Shown here: piece after piece, positions 40,655 to 50,492 of the stretch | How positions within the stretch are numbered: position 1 is the stretch's first letter | How the letters are laid out: each line of letters opens with the position of its first letter | Source: an uncultured Chlamydiae bacterium | GTDB lineage: Bacteria; Chlamydiota; Chlamydiia; Chlamydiales; SM23-39 | Reading direction: 5' to 3' | Assembly (NCBI GenBank): GCA_963828125.1 | Contig: CAWHDP010000002.1 | Location: 576,001 to 640,000, forward strand | DNA: 64,000 nucleotides | Notes under the pieces: generated by a model | The model's database searches: none | Told to the model about the DNA's origin: nothing | Seen by the model: the letters and a program-made list of their open reading frames with translations, nothing else | Translations under genes and position numbers: made by a program

Positions 40655-42030
40655 GGCAAAGCAACAACTTTTCTGTAAATTCCATTTTTTTCCTCTTTTC
40701 TCCCTCGAGGTTATTCATTTCTCGGTCCCTGATTTAACAGTGGACTCATATCTAAATACTGTTTGCCCGTCACCCACTCCTCATGGATTTCGATCACTAC
40801 ACCTGTCACCAACCGGAGCGCTGATTCCGGATTCGGGAACAAGACAGCCACTCGCGTCCGCCGCTTAATCTCCTTGTTGACCCGCTCCATACCATTGGAG
40901 GTCCTCACCCGCTTCCAGTGCTCCTTCGGAAACTGATAAACTGTCAGCCCTTCATCGACATTCTCCTCGAGCCATTTCGCAAACTCAGGAGCACGCTTCT
41001 GGTATCTCTCTATGGCCCGGCGTTTCATCTCTTGCGCCATTTCAACAGTCGGACTGTTAAAAATCTCCCTCATTACCTCTGCTATCTCTACCCTCATCGA
41101 TTTCTTAGGAGCATAGCTTTGGGCGTTCTGCGCCAGGTGGAACTGACATCTCTGCCATGGCACTGATGGGAACATTGCCTTCCTCGCACTTTTCATTCCG
41201 GCATGATCATCGCTAATGATTAACCGGAGTCCTCGCATCCCCCGAGACTGAAGGTGCTTAAAAAACTCCCTCCAGTGAACCTCAGCCTCCGAGAGGCTCG
41301 CGGAGGCTCCTAGGATTTCTCGTTTCCCTTCCGGAGTAATTCCATAGCCCAGAAGGATCGCCATGTCGATTACAGACCCATTGTGCCGCACCTTGAGGTA
41401 GATTGCATCAATGACCAGATAGCTCACCTCTCCTATCGGTCTATTCCTAAACAGCTCAAACTGCCCATCCAGCTCTTGAGTCAGCCTCGAGACCTGGGTT
41501 GAACTTATCTCGAGGCCGCACAGCTTCTCGGTAATATCCTGCACCCTCCTAGTCGAGACCCCTTCTAAATACATCTGGGCTATTGCCAACTTTAGGGCTT
41601 TTTCTGAACGAGTGCCCTTCTCCAGACTCTGGGGATAAAACCCAAGGCCTCTTACCTGAGGGATCTGTAGATCCAGGGCTCCCAACCTGGTTTGCAACTC
41701 TTTTGGCTTATACCCATTGGCGTACCCCTTCCTGCCCTCTGTTCTCTCATGGGAACCAGCACCGAGGAACTGTTCCCTTTCCATTTTCATCGTTCCATTG
41801 AACAGTAACTCTAAGACGGGCTTCAACCCCTCCATGCCTTGGCCAATGAGTCCTTTCACAATTTGGTCCACTAAGGTATCCTTTAACTGGTCTGAGATCA
41901 TAACATTCCTTCCTTTCAATTTTTGAAACGAGTTAGAAAAGAAGAATGGGATCTCAGACCATTTTCCACCAGGGTTTTTCGACCCGGCCAAAATCCTAGT
42001 CTGAATTTACAGAAACGATGTTACACTACC
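40655..42030 (-). mobile_element. IS256-family insertion sequence, apparently intact
   Basis: Imperfect inverted repeats sharing TTTCTGTAAATTC; 8-bp TSD CGGCTTAC at 40647-40654 and 42031-42038. Confidence 0.95.
40711..41901 (-). CDS. IS256 family transposase
   Basis: MYLEGVSTR, IDAIYLKVR, IISDDH, QRCQFH, RTSNGMERVNKEIKRR. Start codon uncertain. Confidence 0.95.
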   Translation of the reverse strand: MISDQLKDTLVDQIVKGLIGQGMEGLKPVLELLFNGTMKMEREQFLGAGSHERTEGRKGYANGYKPKELQTRLGALDLQIPQVRGLGFYPQSLEKGTRSEKALKLAIAQMYLEGVSTRRVQDITEKLCGLEISSTQVSRLTQELDGQFELFRNRPIGEVSYLVIDAIYLKVRHNGSVIDMAILLGYGITPEGKREILGASASLSEAEVHWREFFKHLQSRGMRGLRLIISDDHAGMKSARKAMFPSVPWQRCQFHLAQNAQSYAPKKSMRVEIAEVMREIFNSPTVEMAQEMKRRAIERYQKRAPEFAKWLEENVDEGLTVYQFPKEHWKRVRTSNGMERVNKEIKRRTRVAVLFPNPESALRLVTGVVIEIHEEWVTGKQYLDMSPLLNQGPRNE

Positions 42031-42816
42031 CGGCTTACTGGCAGTAACCGTCCTAGATATGTTTCAGTAGCATTTTTGATAGAAGCGTCATCATCTTGAG
42101 AGCGAGGCATATCTTCCCAAACCGGAACTCCCCAGTTTCCTTCACCATGAACCAATTGACTGTCATCCTTGGTGATTAGATTGCTGTGAATGGTGCCGAT
42201 AAGATTATTTTCTCTGATGACAGCGTGAATGATACTCCCGGAACAAGGAGCGTGAATACTAGAGCCTTTGAGTGGCTTACCATTCCATAGACAAACTCCG
42301 ATTAGACTGCCGGGAGCAAAACACTGGAATGAAAGGAGTGTAAGAGCCAGCCGTTCCTTTGAAATCGTTCGAGATGGTGCAGTAGCAGCGTTATCGAAGA
42401 GAGTGTGATTATTTCCTGAGGCAAGTGCCAGGTCGAGCTTACTGGTTTCCGCTTTTGCACTGAGAACTTCATCGCCTCCCTCTTTTTTGGATTTTTTCTT
42501 TGTTTTACTGTTATCGAGCGAAAGACCTTCCAGTTGTAGAAATCGAGTGCGCTCTCCGAATAATTCAAATTTATCGCTGAACTTTTGTAAATAGCTCTGG
42601 GAGAGAGACGCAATTTGCTCTCGGCATTTCCCCCATTCATCATAAGTTTTTGGACCGTTTAAAGCGGCTTGTGCCACACAGATCAGCAAGCGCATAACGG
42701 ATATTCGCTCATGCGGCAACGCATTCAAATCACGTATTTTATGGCCTAGAGCAAATGCATCATCCAGGCTTACCAGAGAAGTTTTTCCATCTTGAAAAAC
42801 AATAGGTATCCAGGGA

Positions 42817-43895
42817 TCATTCACAAGATTCATCTTCAAAATCCATATTCGTTGTTTTTATAGGGTTGGATCGAGAGCAAATAGTTATGCCTTCATCTAT
42901 GCTCCAGAAAAGCTGAGTGCGATCATTGGGTTCTGCAAAGATCGCCTCGTTCTTATCTACAATTGCCACTGCGCAACACCCTTGCACATAGCCAGCGAAC
43001 CCATCAGGTCGTTGAGCGCACGCCGCTGTGACAGCCCTATGCGGTAGGCGAACAAGGTTTTCGTGAATTGCGCGAGCGATATCCACACGTCTATCACCCG
43101 GATAAATCGTAAATTCTTTCCCATACAAAGGCATTATCTGTATGCCCTGATCGGTTCGTTTGATTGTTTTGACGAGGAGAAGAGATGCTGTTAATTGATC
43201 GCCCCATCGCGTTGCAATACCTTCGTTTTCCGTATCGTCTAGAGTCGGATCTGCTTCGACACGTGCGACGGACGCAGCAATAGCCCTCATTTCAGCACAT
43301 CGCTCTTGAATTTCATTGAAAAACTTTCTCCAGGCAGCAGGCTCTGGTTTAATGGAAATATTCGAGTACGTTCCATGTCTCAGGAAACAACGTGGATCGA
43401 TCTGGTCTTTCATGTCTCCACAATCGTCCGATACGCTGAAATAACATGTCGGTTGGCGCTATATCAGTGATGAGGAAATCGGCATCGATATCGATACTTT
43501 GTTCCACAATTTGAGTTGAAACAAGCACACATCCACGAGGTCGCTTTTCACTGGATTTACCTAGACACTCTATCCACTTTTCTTCCAACTGCTCGCGGCG
43601 CCAATAAGGGAAGCGGCTATGAAGTAGACCTATTTCGGGGTCATTTTCACCTTGGATTGCCTTTAGTTCGCGCCAAGACTCCTGAGCTTCTGCTACGGTA
43701 TTTCGAATCCAAAGAACGCAAGCCCCCTTTTTTGCCCGTTCTAAACATTCGGTAGCTAATTGAGGGACAGACTGAGTTACATACTTTATGCAGATATCTT
43801 TAGGCTTTGGTGCTTCAATCTCAGACTCAATCACACAGCCATCTGAATACGCCGCTGAGAGAAGGGGATACGAGGTCGAAAGTCGATCAGGAGCA
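42817..43895 (-). pseudogene. cas3: Cas3 helicase, C-terminal fragment (frameshifted, 5' part lost)
   Basis: WIRNTVAEAQ, LLHSRF, VSTQIVEQSIDIDADFLITDIAPTDMLFQRIGRLWRH; immediately upstream of cse1. Confidence 0.9.
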
Positions 43896-44040
43896 ATAGC
43901 CGCAGCACAGGGCGCTTCCAATATGGAACTTCGTACTGCCATGGGACACAAAACTCTTCAGATGCTTTATGGTGTTATCTGCCTCATTTCCGCGCTGTGT
44001 TATTATGATCTAACAGATCAAATCATGAGAGAATTTTGGA
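43896..44040 (+). pseudogene. Fused micro-fragments of integrase (43896-43967) and abiEi (43969-44040)
   Basis: AAAQGASNMELRTAMGHKTLQML followed by 72 nt nearly identical to 37529-37600. Confidence 0.8.
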
Positions 44041-45045
44041 GTCGCTTGACAGGGCCTACTTTCGACGGGACTGGCTTGCTTCTGTTGGACTGTGTTTGAA
44101 TGGAGTTCCTTCCCACGACACTCTCAATAGGGTATTTCGACTCCTTGACCCAAAGAGTTTTCACGAATGTTTCATGCACTGGATTCGTACAATTGCGGCA
44201 ACGGTCGAGGGAGTCATTGCAATTGATGGAAAAACACTCTGCAATTCAGGGGATACGTTTCGACAAACTAACCCATTACACATAGTCCATGCTTTTGCGA
44301 CTGAGAATAGCTTGTTGTTAGGACAGCTTGCGACCGATCCCAAATCGAACGAAATCACTGCCATCCCTGAACTTCTTAAAATGCTGACAGTTAAAGGCAA
44401 TATGATAACGATCGATGCAATGGGATGCCAGAAAGAAATCGTAAAGCAGATCAGAGAAAAAGAGGGCGACTACGTGATTGCCCTGAAAGGGAATCAGGGG
44501 TGTTTGCATGCGGAGGCAGAAAATTTTTTCCAGCAGGCAATGGAAGTAGACCCCGAGGAAGCTGGTTGTGATTATGTAAGTACCGTTGAGAAAAATCGTG
44601 GCAGAATCGAAGAAAGACAAATCTGGAGTTGTACTCCCGACTGGCTTAGTGCCGGTCAACTCGAAGATTGGGTTGATCTGAAAACCTTGATATGTGTGAA
44701 ATCAAAGCGGACTCGCAAGAGAAAAACGACTCAGGAATTCCGTTATTATATAAGCAGCCTGAGAACCACTGCACAACGGTTAGGGGAAATCGTAAGGGCT
44801 CATTGGGGAGTGGAAAACAAACTCCATTGGCATTTGGATGTGTCATTCAGTGAGGATTTATGCAAAATACGGACTGATCACGCTGCTGAGAATTTTTCGC
44901 TGGTGAAGAAAATGGCCCTGAATCTACTTAAAGCGGACACGTCAGAAAAGTTGGGAGTGCCTAACAAAAGAAAGCTCGCCGGCTGGAGTCCGGAGTACCT
45001 GCTCAAAATCTTAGGTGTCAAGTGATTTTTCTTGCAATTTCCCTG
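44041..45045 (+). mobile_element. ISAs1-family element, 5'-truncated
   Basis: PSHDT, IAIDGK, KSNEITAIPELL, TIDAMGCQ, LKGNQ, HWGVENKLHWHLDVSFSED; stop at 45025; right end ..TTGCAATTTCCCTG. Confidence 0.9.
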
Positions 45046-45249
45046 CCTTCTTCTACCATTTCATGATAACCATAACCTTGTCCTGTGACATGATCGTGAA
45101 ACTTTCTCTCTTCTTTAGGATTTAATTTTCTTCCTAACTGTCTTTCAATCGCTTTTTTTGCATCATCGGCTTGTTTATTTTGATCTGTGTTTGCGGTGGG
45201 CCTTGCTGGATCATTGTCAAAGATTCACAGCATAAATGAATATCTTGAG
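45046..45249 (-). pseudogene. Orphan copy of the RHS-A toxin tip, cut by ISAs1
   Basis: 45046-45215 closely matches 5261-5430 (QNKQ..FHDHVTGQGYGYHEMVEEG). Confidence 0.88.
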
Positions 45250-45253
45250 ATCT

Positions 45254-45898
45254 CTATTCAAGATCAGAAAATCTTTTCCATACAACAAATCCTTCCATAT
45301 CGTAAGCACCGATTACAATCAGAGTTGCCTTTAAAGCAATGTTTTGTAACTGCTCAGAAGTCACATTTAAATCGAATCCAGAATTTGTCTCTGAAATAAT
45401 ATTCATGTAATACCATTGAGCATCTGAATAATGAATCATCTTTTCTGCAATTTCTTGAGAGAATTCACCTTCCTTGATGTATAGATAAACCTCTTCATGA
45501 AAATAAAAAATATACTTCTTTATCTCCGATCTAATCGGATCCGATCTATGATGGACCATATCTTCAAAAAAGCAAGATTGCCCTGGCTGTAATATACTTT
45601 TTAAATAAAGAGCTAATTGATGAACAGAATGTGCTTTTTTTCTACCAGGATATAATCCCCCTTGAAAAAAGACATCCTCTAATGGATTTACTGCCAATAT
45701 GCCCCCAGCTTGGAATTCATGAATTTTTGTTCTATCCGCTGAGGGGTGAAGTAAAGCAAAAAATGAACCTTCCTTAAAGTCGAGGTTCATCAATAATTCT
45801 CGTGCTAAAGTGTGTCCATCTTGAAGTTGATCCGTTACATATCGAAATGTCTGTTCAAATTTCAATGGAAATATTTTTATTTCTACATTCACTGCCAA
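45254..45898 (-). CDS. Putative immunity protein for RHS-D
   Basis: Start overlaps the toxin stop; AT-rich; ends IGAYDMEGFVVW. Confidence 0.75.
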   Translation of the reverse strand: MAVNVEIKIFPLKFEQTFRYVTDQLQDGHTLARELLMNLDFKEGSFFALLHPSADRTKIHEFQAGGILAVNPLEDVFFQGGLYPGRKKAHSVHQLALYLKSILQPGQSCFFEDMVHHRSDPIRSEIKKYIFYFHEEVYLYIKEGEFSQEIAEKMIHYSDAQWYYMNIISETNSGFDLNVTSEQLQNIALKATLIVIGAYDMEGFVVWKRFSDLE

Positions 45899-48800
45899 CT
45901 CCCATTAGGAAATAAATCATAAGGAATTCCATTGGGATCTTTATATCCCCAGTGGGGACCTTTTGGATCTGGGTGCCACAAGTCGGGATGAAGTTTTTCT
46001 CCTGTATCAGGATTCAACCAATTGCCCTTGCCACTTTCTGGAGAACCTTTGCCTCGCCATTCAAAACCCTCTCCAGGACATTTTGATGGATCAGATCCTA
46101 AATCTTCTCCATTAAAGCGGGGCGGTTGTTTGGTCGCTTCTTTCCATTGCGGAGCATAAACATCAGTATTTTTCCAAGAGATATTAGGCGCTTTTATATC
46201 TTGCGCATGACAAGCAGTCGTTGCGAGCCCAAGTCCCATTAAAGCTAGTCCAGTCTTCGTTGTCACTCCCAACCCGACAGTGAATCCACCAATGGTAGCC
46301 ACCTCAAGGGCAAAACCACCCGCTATAATAGCTCCCCCTAAAACAATTTCCCCTAATCCAAGAAGATACCCTCCAACACTTTCTCCAGTAGGATCTTGAT
46401 AACGAAAGGGATTATTGAAAACGTACTGGTACAGATTTGAATGATCCTCAGCTCCAATTGGATCTGGAGTCAACCAACGTCTTAAAGTGGGATCATAATA
46501 ACGCTTACCGAAGTAGACTAGTCCTATTTTAGGATCATACCTCTTTCCAGCATACGCATAGGGAATCTGTTCAGAAAGACCTAATCCGAAAACATCGCAA
46601 TCATTCTGCTTGAAGATCTCCGTTGTTTTCCAATCAATGAGGAAGCGGGTGATCCCTTGGACATCCACTATCGGAGCGTAAGGCGTTTTGTTAATTTCAA
46701 TAGCTACAGGAGTAGAGAGTCCAGGAATTTTAAGCTCTTTAGGCTCTCCGTTTTCAAAAGCTCCTATTTCTTCATCGCCAATAGAGAGAAAAGCAGTCTG
46801 TCCTCTTTGAAACCTCCTTCCTAGAGCATCGTATACGGATGTTTCCCCTCCCGATTCAATTAGTTGGTCAAACTCATCATAGACAAATCCGGGCCTGACG
46901 AAGTTTCCATTTAGATCATAGCTAAGCCCTGCGATTTGATTAAGGGCATCAACAGTCATCGACTGACCATTTAACTCTTGGAGGTTGTAGTGAAGGTCAT
47001 AAACGGCCGTAAATCGTCCAGACTCGGAGGTCATTTGCGACTGTGAATCATAGGTGTAACTGGTATCTCCTCTTCTAACGAGATTCCCGGATGGATTATA
47101 GGCGGCAGTTTCTGTGTAATAAGGGGTATTTTGGCTGATTTTTCTTCCCATTCGATCATATTCGAAATTTGTTTGGAAAAATCCTGTACTTAAGCGAGGA
47201 TTGCCTTTTGGATCATATCGATCGTAGGTATGGGAATAAGCTTCAGTGCCATTTTCAGAAACTCTAGTAACCATTTTCAGGAAAGGGCCTTCATAATGGT
47301 ATTCGATTCGAGTTTGATCAGGCAGTCTTCGCATTAAGGGACGATCCCAATCATCATACTCGCTCTCTTGCCACAGACCATTAGACCATTCTTCTCGCTG
47401 GATATTCCCGAAAGCATCGAATTTTCTCGAAAACCCCGTTCCCCCGATCACTCGATCCAGCGCATCATATCGAAATTCCCGAGTTCCCTCTTTTTCAAGG
47501 CGTCCCTGAGTATCATATTCATGAAGTATTACGGTTCCGTCGGGCTTTTGTTTGATCAAAAGTCGATCGCCTGGAGTATAGGTCCAATTGGTGGTTCGAG
47601 TCCCCGCCTCCTTAATCGATTGCTTTTTTCCGTTTAGCGTGTAATCAAATGTAAGATGATCCTGTTTCTTTAAACGAAAAAGCTTATCATACTCAAACTC
47701 CGCTACTACCTGACCGGCCACTTCCTTTTTCAATAACTGCCCTTGAGGATTATAAGTCTCGACTGTCTCGATTCCCATCGGGTCTGTAATCTTTGTCAAG
47801 AGAGTTTGAGGTCCCTTTTCGTAGCGGATCTTAAGTCTATGACCTTCTGCATCGGTTTTCTGAGTCAGACGATCGTGGGCATCATAATGGAATGTTGTGA
47901 TCCCACCTTGCTCAATGGTGGCGACATTACCCCCCTCATCATAGGTCCAAAGAAAAGTCAGAGCGTTATCCACTGATTTCTCTCGTATCCGCCCTAACGA
48001 GTCGTTCGTATATTCGATTCGACGTCCCCCTCTCTCTTCCCAAGCTAAGAACCCAAGAGGATCATAGCCATAGCGGCTAATCCGATTTTGGCGTTTCTCC
48101 TCAATTTTTCGGCCTACGAGATCATATTGATACTCGGTGACAAAACCTTCGGCATCGATCATTTTATAGAGATTGTAGCTATCATTGTGGAAGGTGGTGG
48201 TAGCTTCACCCACTGTTTTTTCTTTTATGCGGCTGAGAGCATCATAGGTGTAAGCGGTTACTAGCCCATCTGCATCTGTATGGGATTTGAGCAGGCCGTT
48301 AGGGAAGTAATCGAACACCTCTTCTCCCCCACAGGGATGAAGGATGGTTGTGAGACAGCCGTAGCTGTTGTAAGTTTTTGCAGTTTTGATCTTATATGGA
48401 TCGATTTTCTCTTTTTCTCTTCCAAAGGCATCAAAGATGATTTCTGTGATGGCCGAGGGCTCTTCGATCCGATCTGGTTTCCCATGCACAGGGTCGTAAT
48501 GATACGTTATTGTATAGCCCAGGTAATCTGTCTTTTCGATCAGCTCATCGGATGCATTGTAGTCAAATCGAGTCTCTTGTTCGCCCTCATTGAGGACTTT
48601 AAGGCGACCTTTTGTATCGAATGTGCGTCTAATGATGAGGCCGTTTGAAACGGGTTCTTCATAAAAACATCTGCCTCTTGGGTCATATTGATAAGAAGCC
48701 AGCTCTCCAATGGGGTTCGTTTGATTAAGGAGTTCCCCTTTTTCATTATAGATTCGCTCAATAGTGTAACCGATTTTTCCATCTGAACCAAAATGCTCTT

Positions 48801-50448
48801 CCCTATTCGTATTCCCCCAAATATCGTATCCATAGTGAATTTTATGGATAAGGTCGCCCTTCCAATCGCTTTTTTCCTCCCACTCAACTCGATGCAAATG
48901 AGGATGGCTCTGATAAAGGGTATAGGTTGTTCTTGTCTTCCCTTCTTCCTCTTTTTGCATGAGATTGTTGGCATTATCATAAGAATAGATTGTCCTTCGG
49001 AGCTGTTTACCTGATTCCAAAGTCGTTTTAGAAGTGATAAGTCGCGTGTCGCCTAAGTATGTAAATGCATACGCAAGGCCATCGTCGTATTCTTCAAAAA
49101 TAAGGCGGTTCTTATCGAATTTACGCCTTATGCCAAAAACCCCGAAATCTCCTTCGGCTTTTTCTAGAGTAGCATTTCCAGCAGCATCGCATTCGAATCG
49201 TTTGGCGATGAGAAGCTTGCCCTCCCCATCTAGGGTTTCTATGCTTTTGATGTGTTGCTTGTGATCATACTCGAAGGTTTTCCTATTGACTTGCTTGCCC
49301 TTAAACCAATTTTCGATTGCCTCCAGCAGTAAAAACTTATTGAACCGGTATACAGTTTGCACGCCATCTGGATGAATGACCGTTGTGGAGCCGCTTTTTT
49401 TTCCTGCAACAGCTGGGTCATAAGAAAAGGAAAAAGATGCTGAAGGATTCGAAAAGGTTTGAATACGAGAAGGCACGTTTTTATTTTGAAAATAGGTACA
49501 CGCGACTGGATAGTCCTTTGCATCATAAGAATTGAGAAGAGTTCTCTCGTTGTACCCAACGGTATTTGTATAAACAGGGTTTGATCCTCTAGTCATTACT
49601 GGAAATTGAAAACTAGCCTTCTCCTTATAGCCATCTTTTTTGTATTCGCCTTTAATCTCTCTGGTCTCATACACAAGATCGACTTTTCTTCCATCTGAAC
49701 CTAAATAATGGTTACCGCTGACTCTCGTTATTGAAGCATAAACAAGTTGTCCGGTTGGATCAGATGATAAAATTTTGAATAGTCCCTGATCGTTGTACTC
49801 ATATCGAATTACCTTTCCATTTGAGAGCAACTCTTTTTCAAGCCGATAGATTCCTGCATACCGTTTAGAATATTGGCGCTGAACCCCATCCGGCCAAACG
49901 ACCTTTACCAAATTACCCTCTACGAGAAGCTCGATGTTGCGAATATCGGCTGAACTAGTTGGATTCTCTCCCCTCAGATTGCTGCATCCAAAAGAGCTAG
50001 TTTTTAGAACGCCCTTATTTCCTTGAATCTGAAACTCTAAAACAAAACCCTGCGGATCGCGAACTTGAAAATAGCTGGAATTACGGTTATAGCCAGCCCA
50101 AAGATGTGGATTGACAACCCATCCTCTTGTTTCAAGCTGATGAAGAGCCTTGCCCAACATGAGTTGATCTAACTTATCTTTATCTTCATAGCGACCAAAA
50201 ATCTGGGGCGGTACATAGGTCCTTTTCAAAAGAAGATCTTGAGCTCCCCTTACTTGCAGATCTATTTCGCTGATAGAAATCTGACCAGACGAAGCAGAAA
50301 CATATCCATCAATTAAAAAATCAGAAGTCAGAGAAAAAATTTCCTCTGGAGAAGAAGGCGTAACATCATCAAAAGAGCCTGCAAAGAGACGAGCCCCAAA
50401 ACCCACAATGAAAAACCAGCGCATAAAAAATCCTAAAAAAGAAACCAT
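45889..50448 (-). CDS. RHS toxin (RHS-D), paralog of RHS-A with an Ntox37-like tip
   Basis: Colinear with 5236..9729 up to HAQDI. Tip PGEGFEWRG..GNWLNPDTGEKLHPDLWH..GPHW resembles polymorphic toxin 37 (recognised from memory). Confidence 0.92.
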   Translation of the reverse strand: MVSFLGFFMRWFFIVGFGARLFAGSFDDVTPSSPEEIFSLTSDFLIDGYVSASSGQISISEIDLQVRGAQDLLLKRTYVPPQIFGRYEDKDKLDQLMLGKALHQLETRGWVVNPHLWAGYNRNSSYFQVRDPQGFVLEFQIQGNKGVLKTSSFGCSNLRGENPTSSADIRNIELLVEGNLVKVVWPDGVQRQYSKRYAGIYRLEKELLSNGKVIRYEYNDQGLFKILSSDPTGQLVYASITRVSGNHYLGSDGRKVDLVYETREIKGEYKKDGYKEKASFQFPVMTRGSNPVYTNTVGYNERTLLNSYDAKDYPVACTYFQNKNVPSRIQTFSNPSASFSFSYDPAVAGKKSGSTTVIHPDGVQTVYRFNKFLLLEAIENWFKGKQVNRKTFEYDHKQHIKSIETLDGEGKLLIAKRFECDAAGNATLEKAEGDFGVFGIRRKFDKNRLIFEEYDDGLAYAFTYLGDTRLITSKTTLESGKQLRRTIYSYDNANNLMQKEEEGKTRTTYTLYQSHPHLHRVEWEEKSDWKGDLIHKIHYGYDIWGNTNREEHFGSDGKIGYTIERIYNEKGELLNQTNPIGELASYQYDPRGRCFYEEPVSNGLIIRRTFDTKGRLKVLNEGEQETRFDYNASDELIEKTDYLGYTITYHYDPVHGKPDRIEEPSAITEIIFDAFGREKEKIDPYKIKTAKTYNSYGCLTTILHPCGGEEVFDYFPNGLLKSHTDADGLVTAYTYDALSRIKEKTVGEATTTFHNDSYNLYKMIDAEGFVTEYQYDLVGRKIEEKRQNRISRYGYDPLGFLAWEERGGRRIEYTNDSLGRIREKSVDNALTFLWTYDEGGNVATIEQGGITTFHYDAHDRLTQKTDAEGHRLKIRYEKGPQTLLTKITDPMGIETVETYNPQGQLLKKEVAGQVVAEFEYDKLFRLKKQDHLTFDYTLNGKKQSIKEAGTRTTNWTYTPGDRLLIKQKPDGTVILHEYDTQGRLEKEGTREFRYDALDRVIGGTGFSRKFDAFGNIQREEWSNGLWQESEYDDWDRPLMRRLPDQTRIEYHYEGPFLKMVTRVSENGTEAYSHTYDRYDPKGNPRLSTGFFQTNFEYDRMGRKISQNTPYYTETAAYNPSGNLVRRGDTSYTYDSQSQMTSESGRFTAVYDLHYNLQELNGQSMTVDALNQIAGLSYDLNGNFVRPGFVYDEFDQLIESGGETSVYDALGRRFQRGQTAFLSIGDEEIGAFENGEPKELKIPGLSTPVAIEINKTPYAPIVDVQGITRFLIDWKTTEIFKQNDCDVFGLGLSEQIPYAYAGKRYDPKIGLVYFGKRYYDPTLRRWLTPDPIGAEDHSNLYQYVFNNPFRYQDPTGESVGGYLLGLGEIVLGGAIIAGGFALEVATIGGFTVGLGVTTKTGLALMGLGLATTACHAQDIKAPNISWKNTDVYAPQWKEATKQPPRFNGEDLGSDPSKCPGEGFEWRGKGSPESGKGNWLNPDTGEKLHPDLWHPDPKGPHWGYKDPNGIPYDLFPNGSWQ

Positions 50449-50492
50449 CCTAAGATAGTCAAGAAATTGTGTAAAGAACGACCAACTAGAGA

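Larger units (their letters stand above)
39941..42839 (-). pseudogene. cas8e: Type I-E large subunit Cse1/Cas8e interrupted by IS256
   Basis: MNLVNDPWIPI, MRLLI, FELF..FLQ, NNHTLFD, PRRAIWREL. Removing the IS and one TSD restores ..LLPVSR|SIFLLDQ.. in frame (~504 aa). Confidence 0.9.

Noticed and set aside
38342..45045. CRISPR array near the cas genes
   Set aside because: No regularly spaced ~29-bp repeats were seen here or elsewhere in the window by eye.
5722..49559. Many short antisense or alternate-frame ORFs inside RHS, integrase and transposase genes
   Set aside because: They overlap well-supported genes and show no recognisable motifs.
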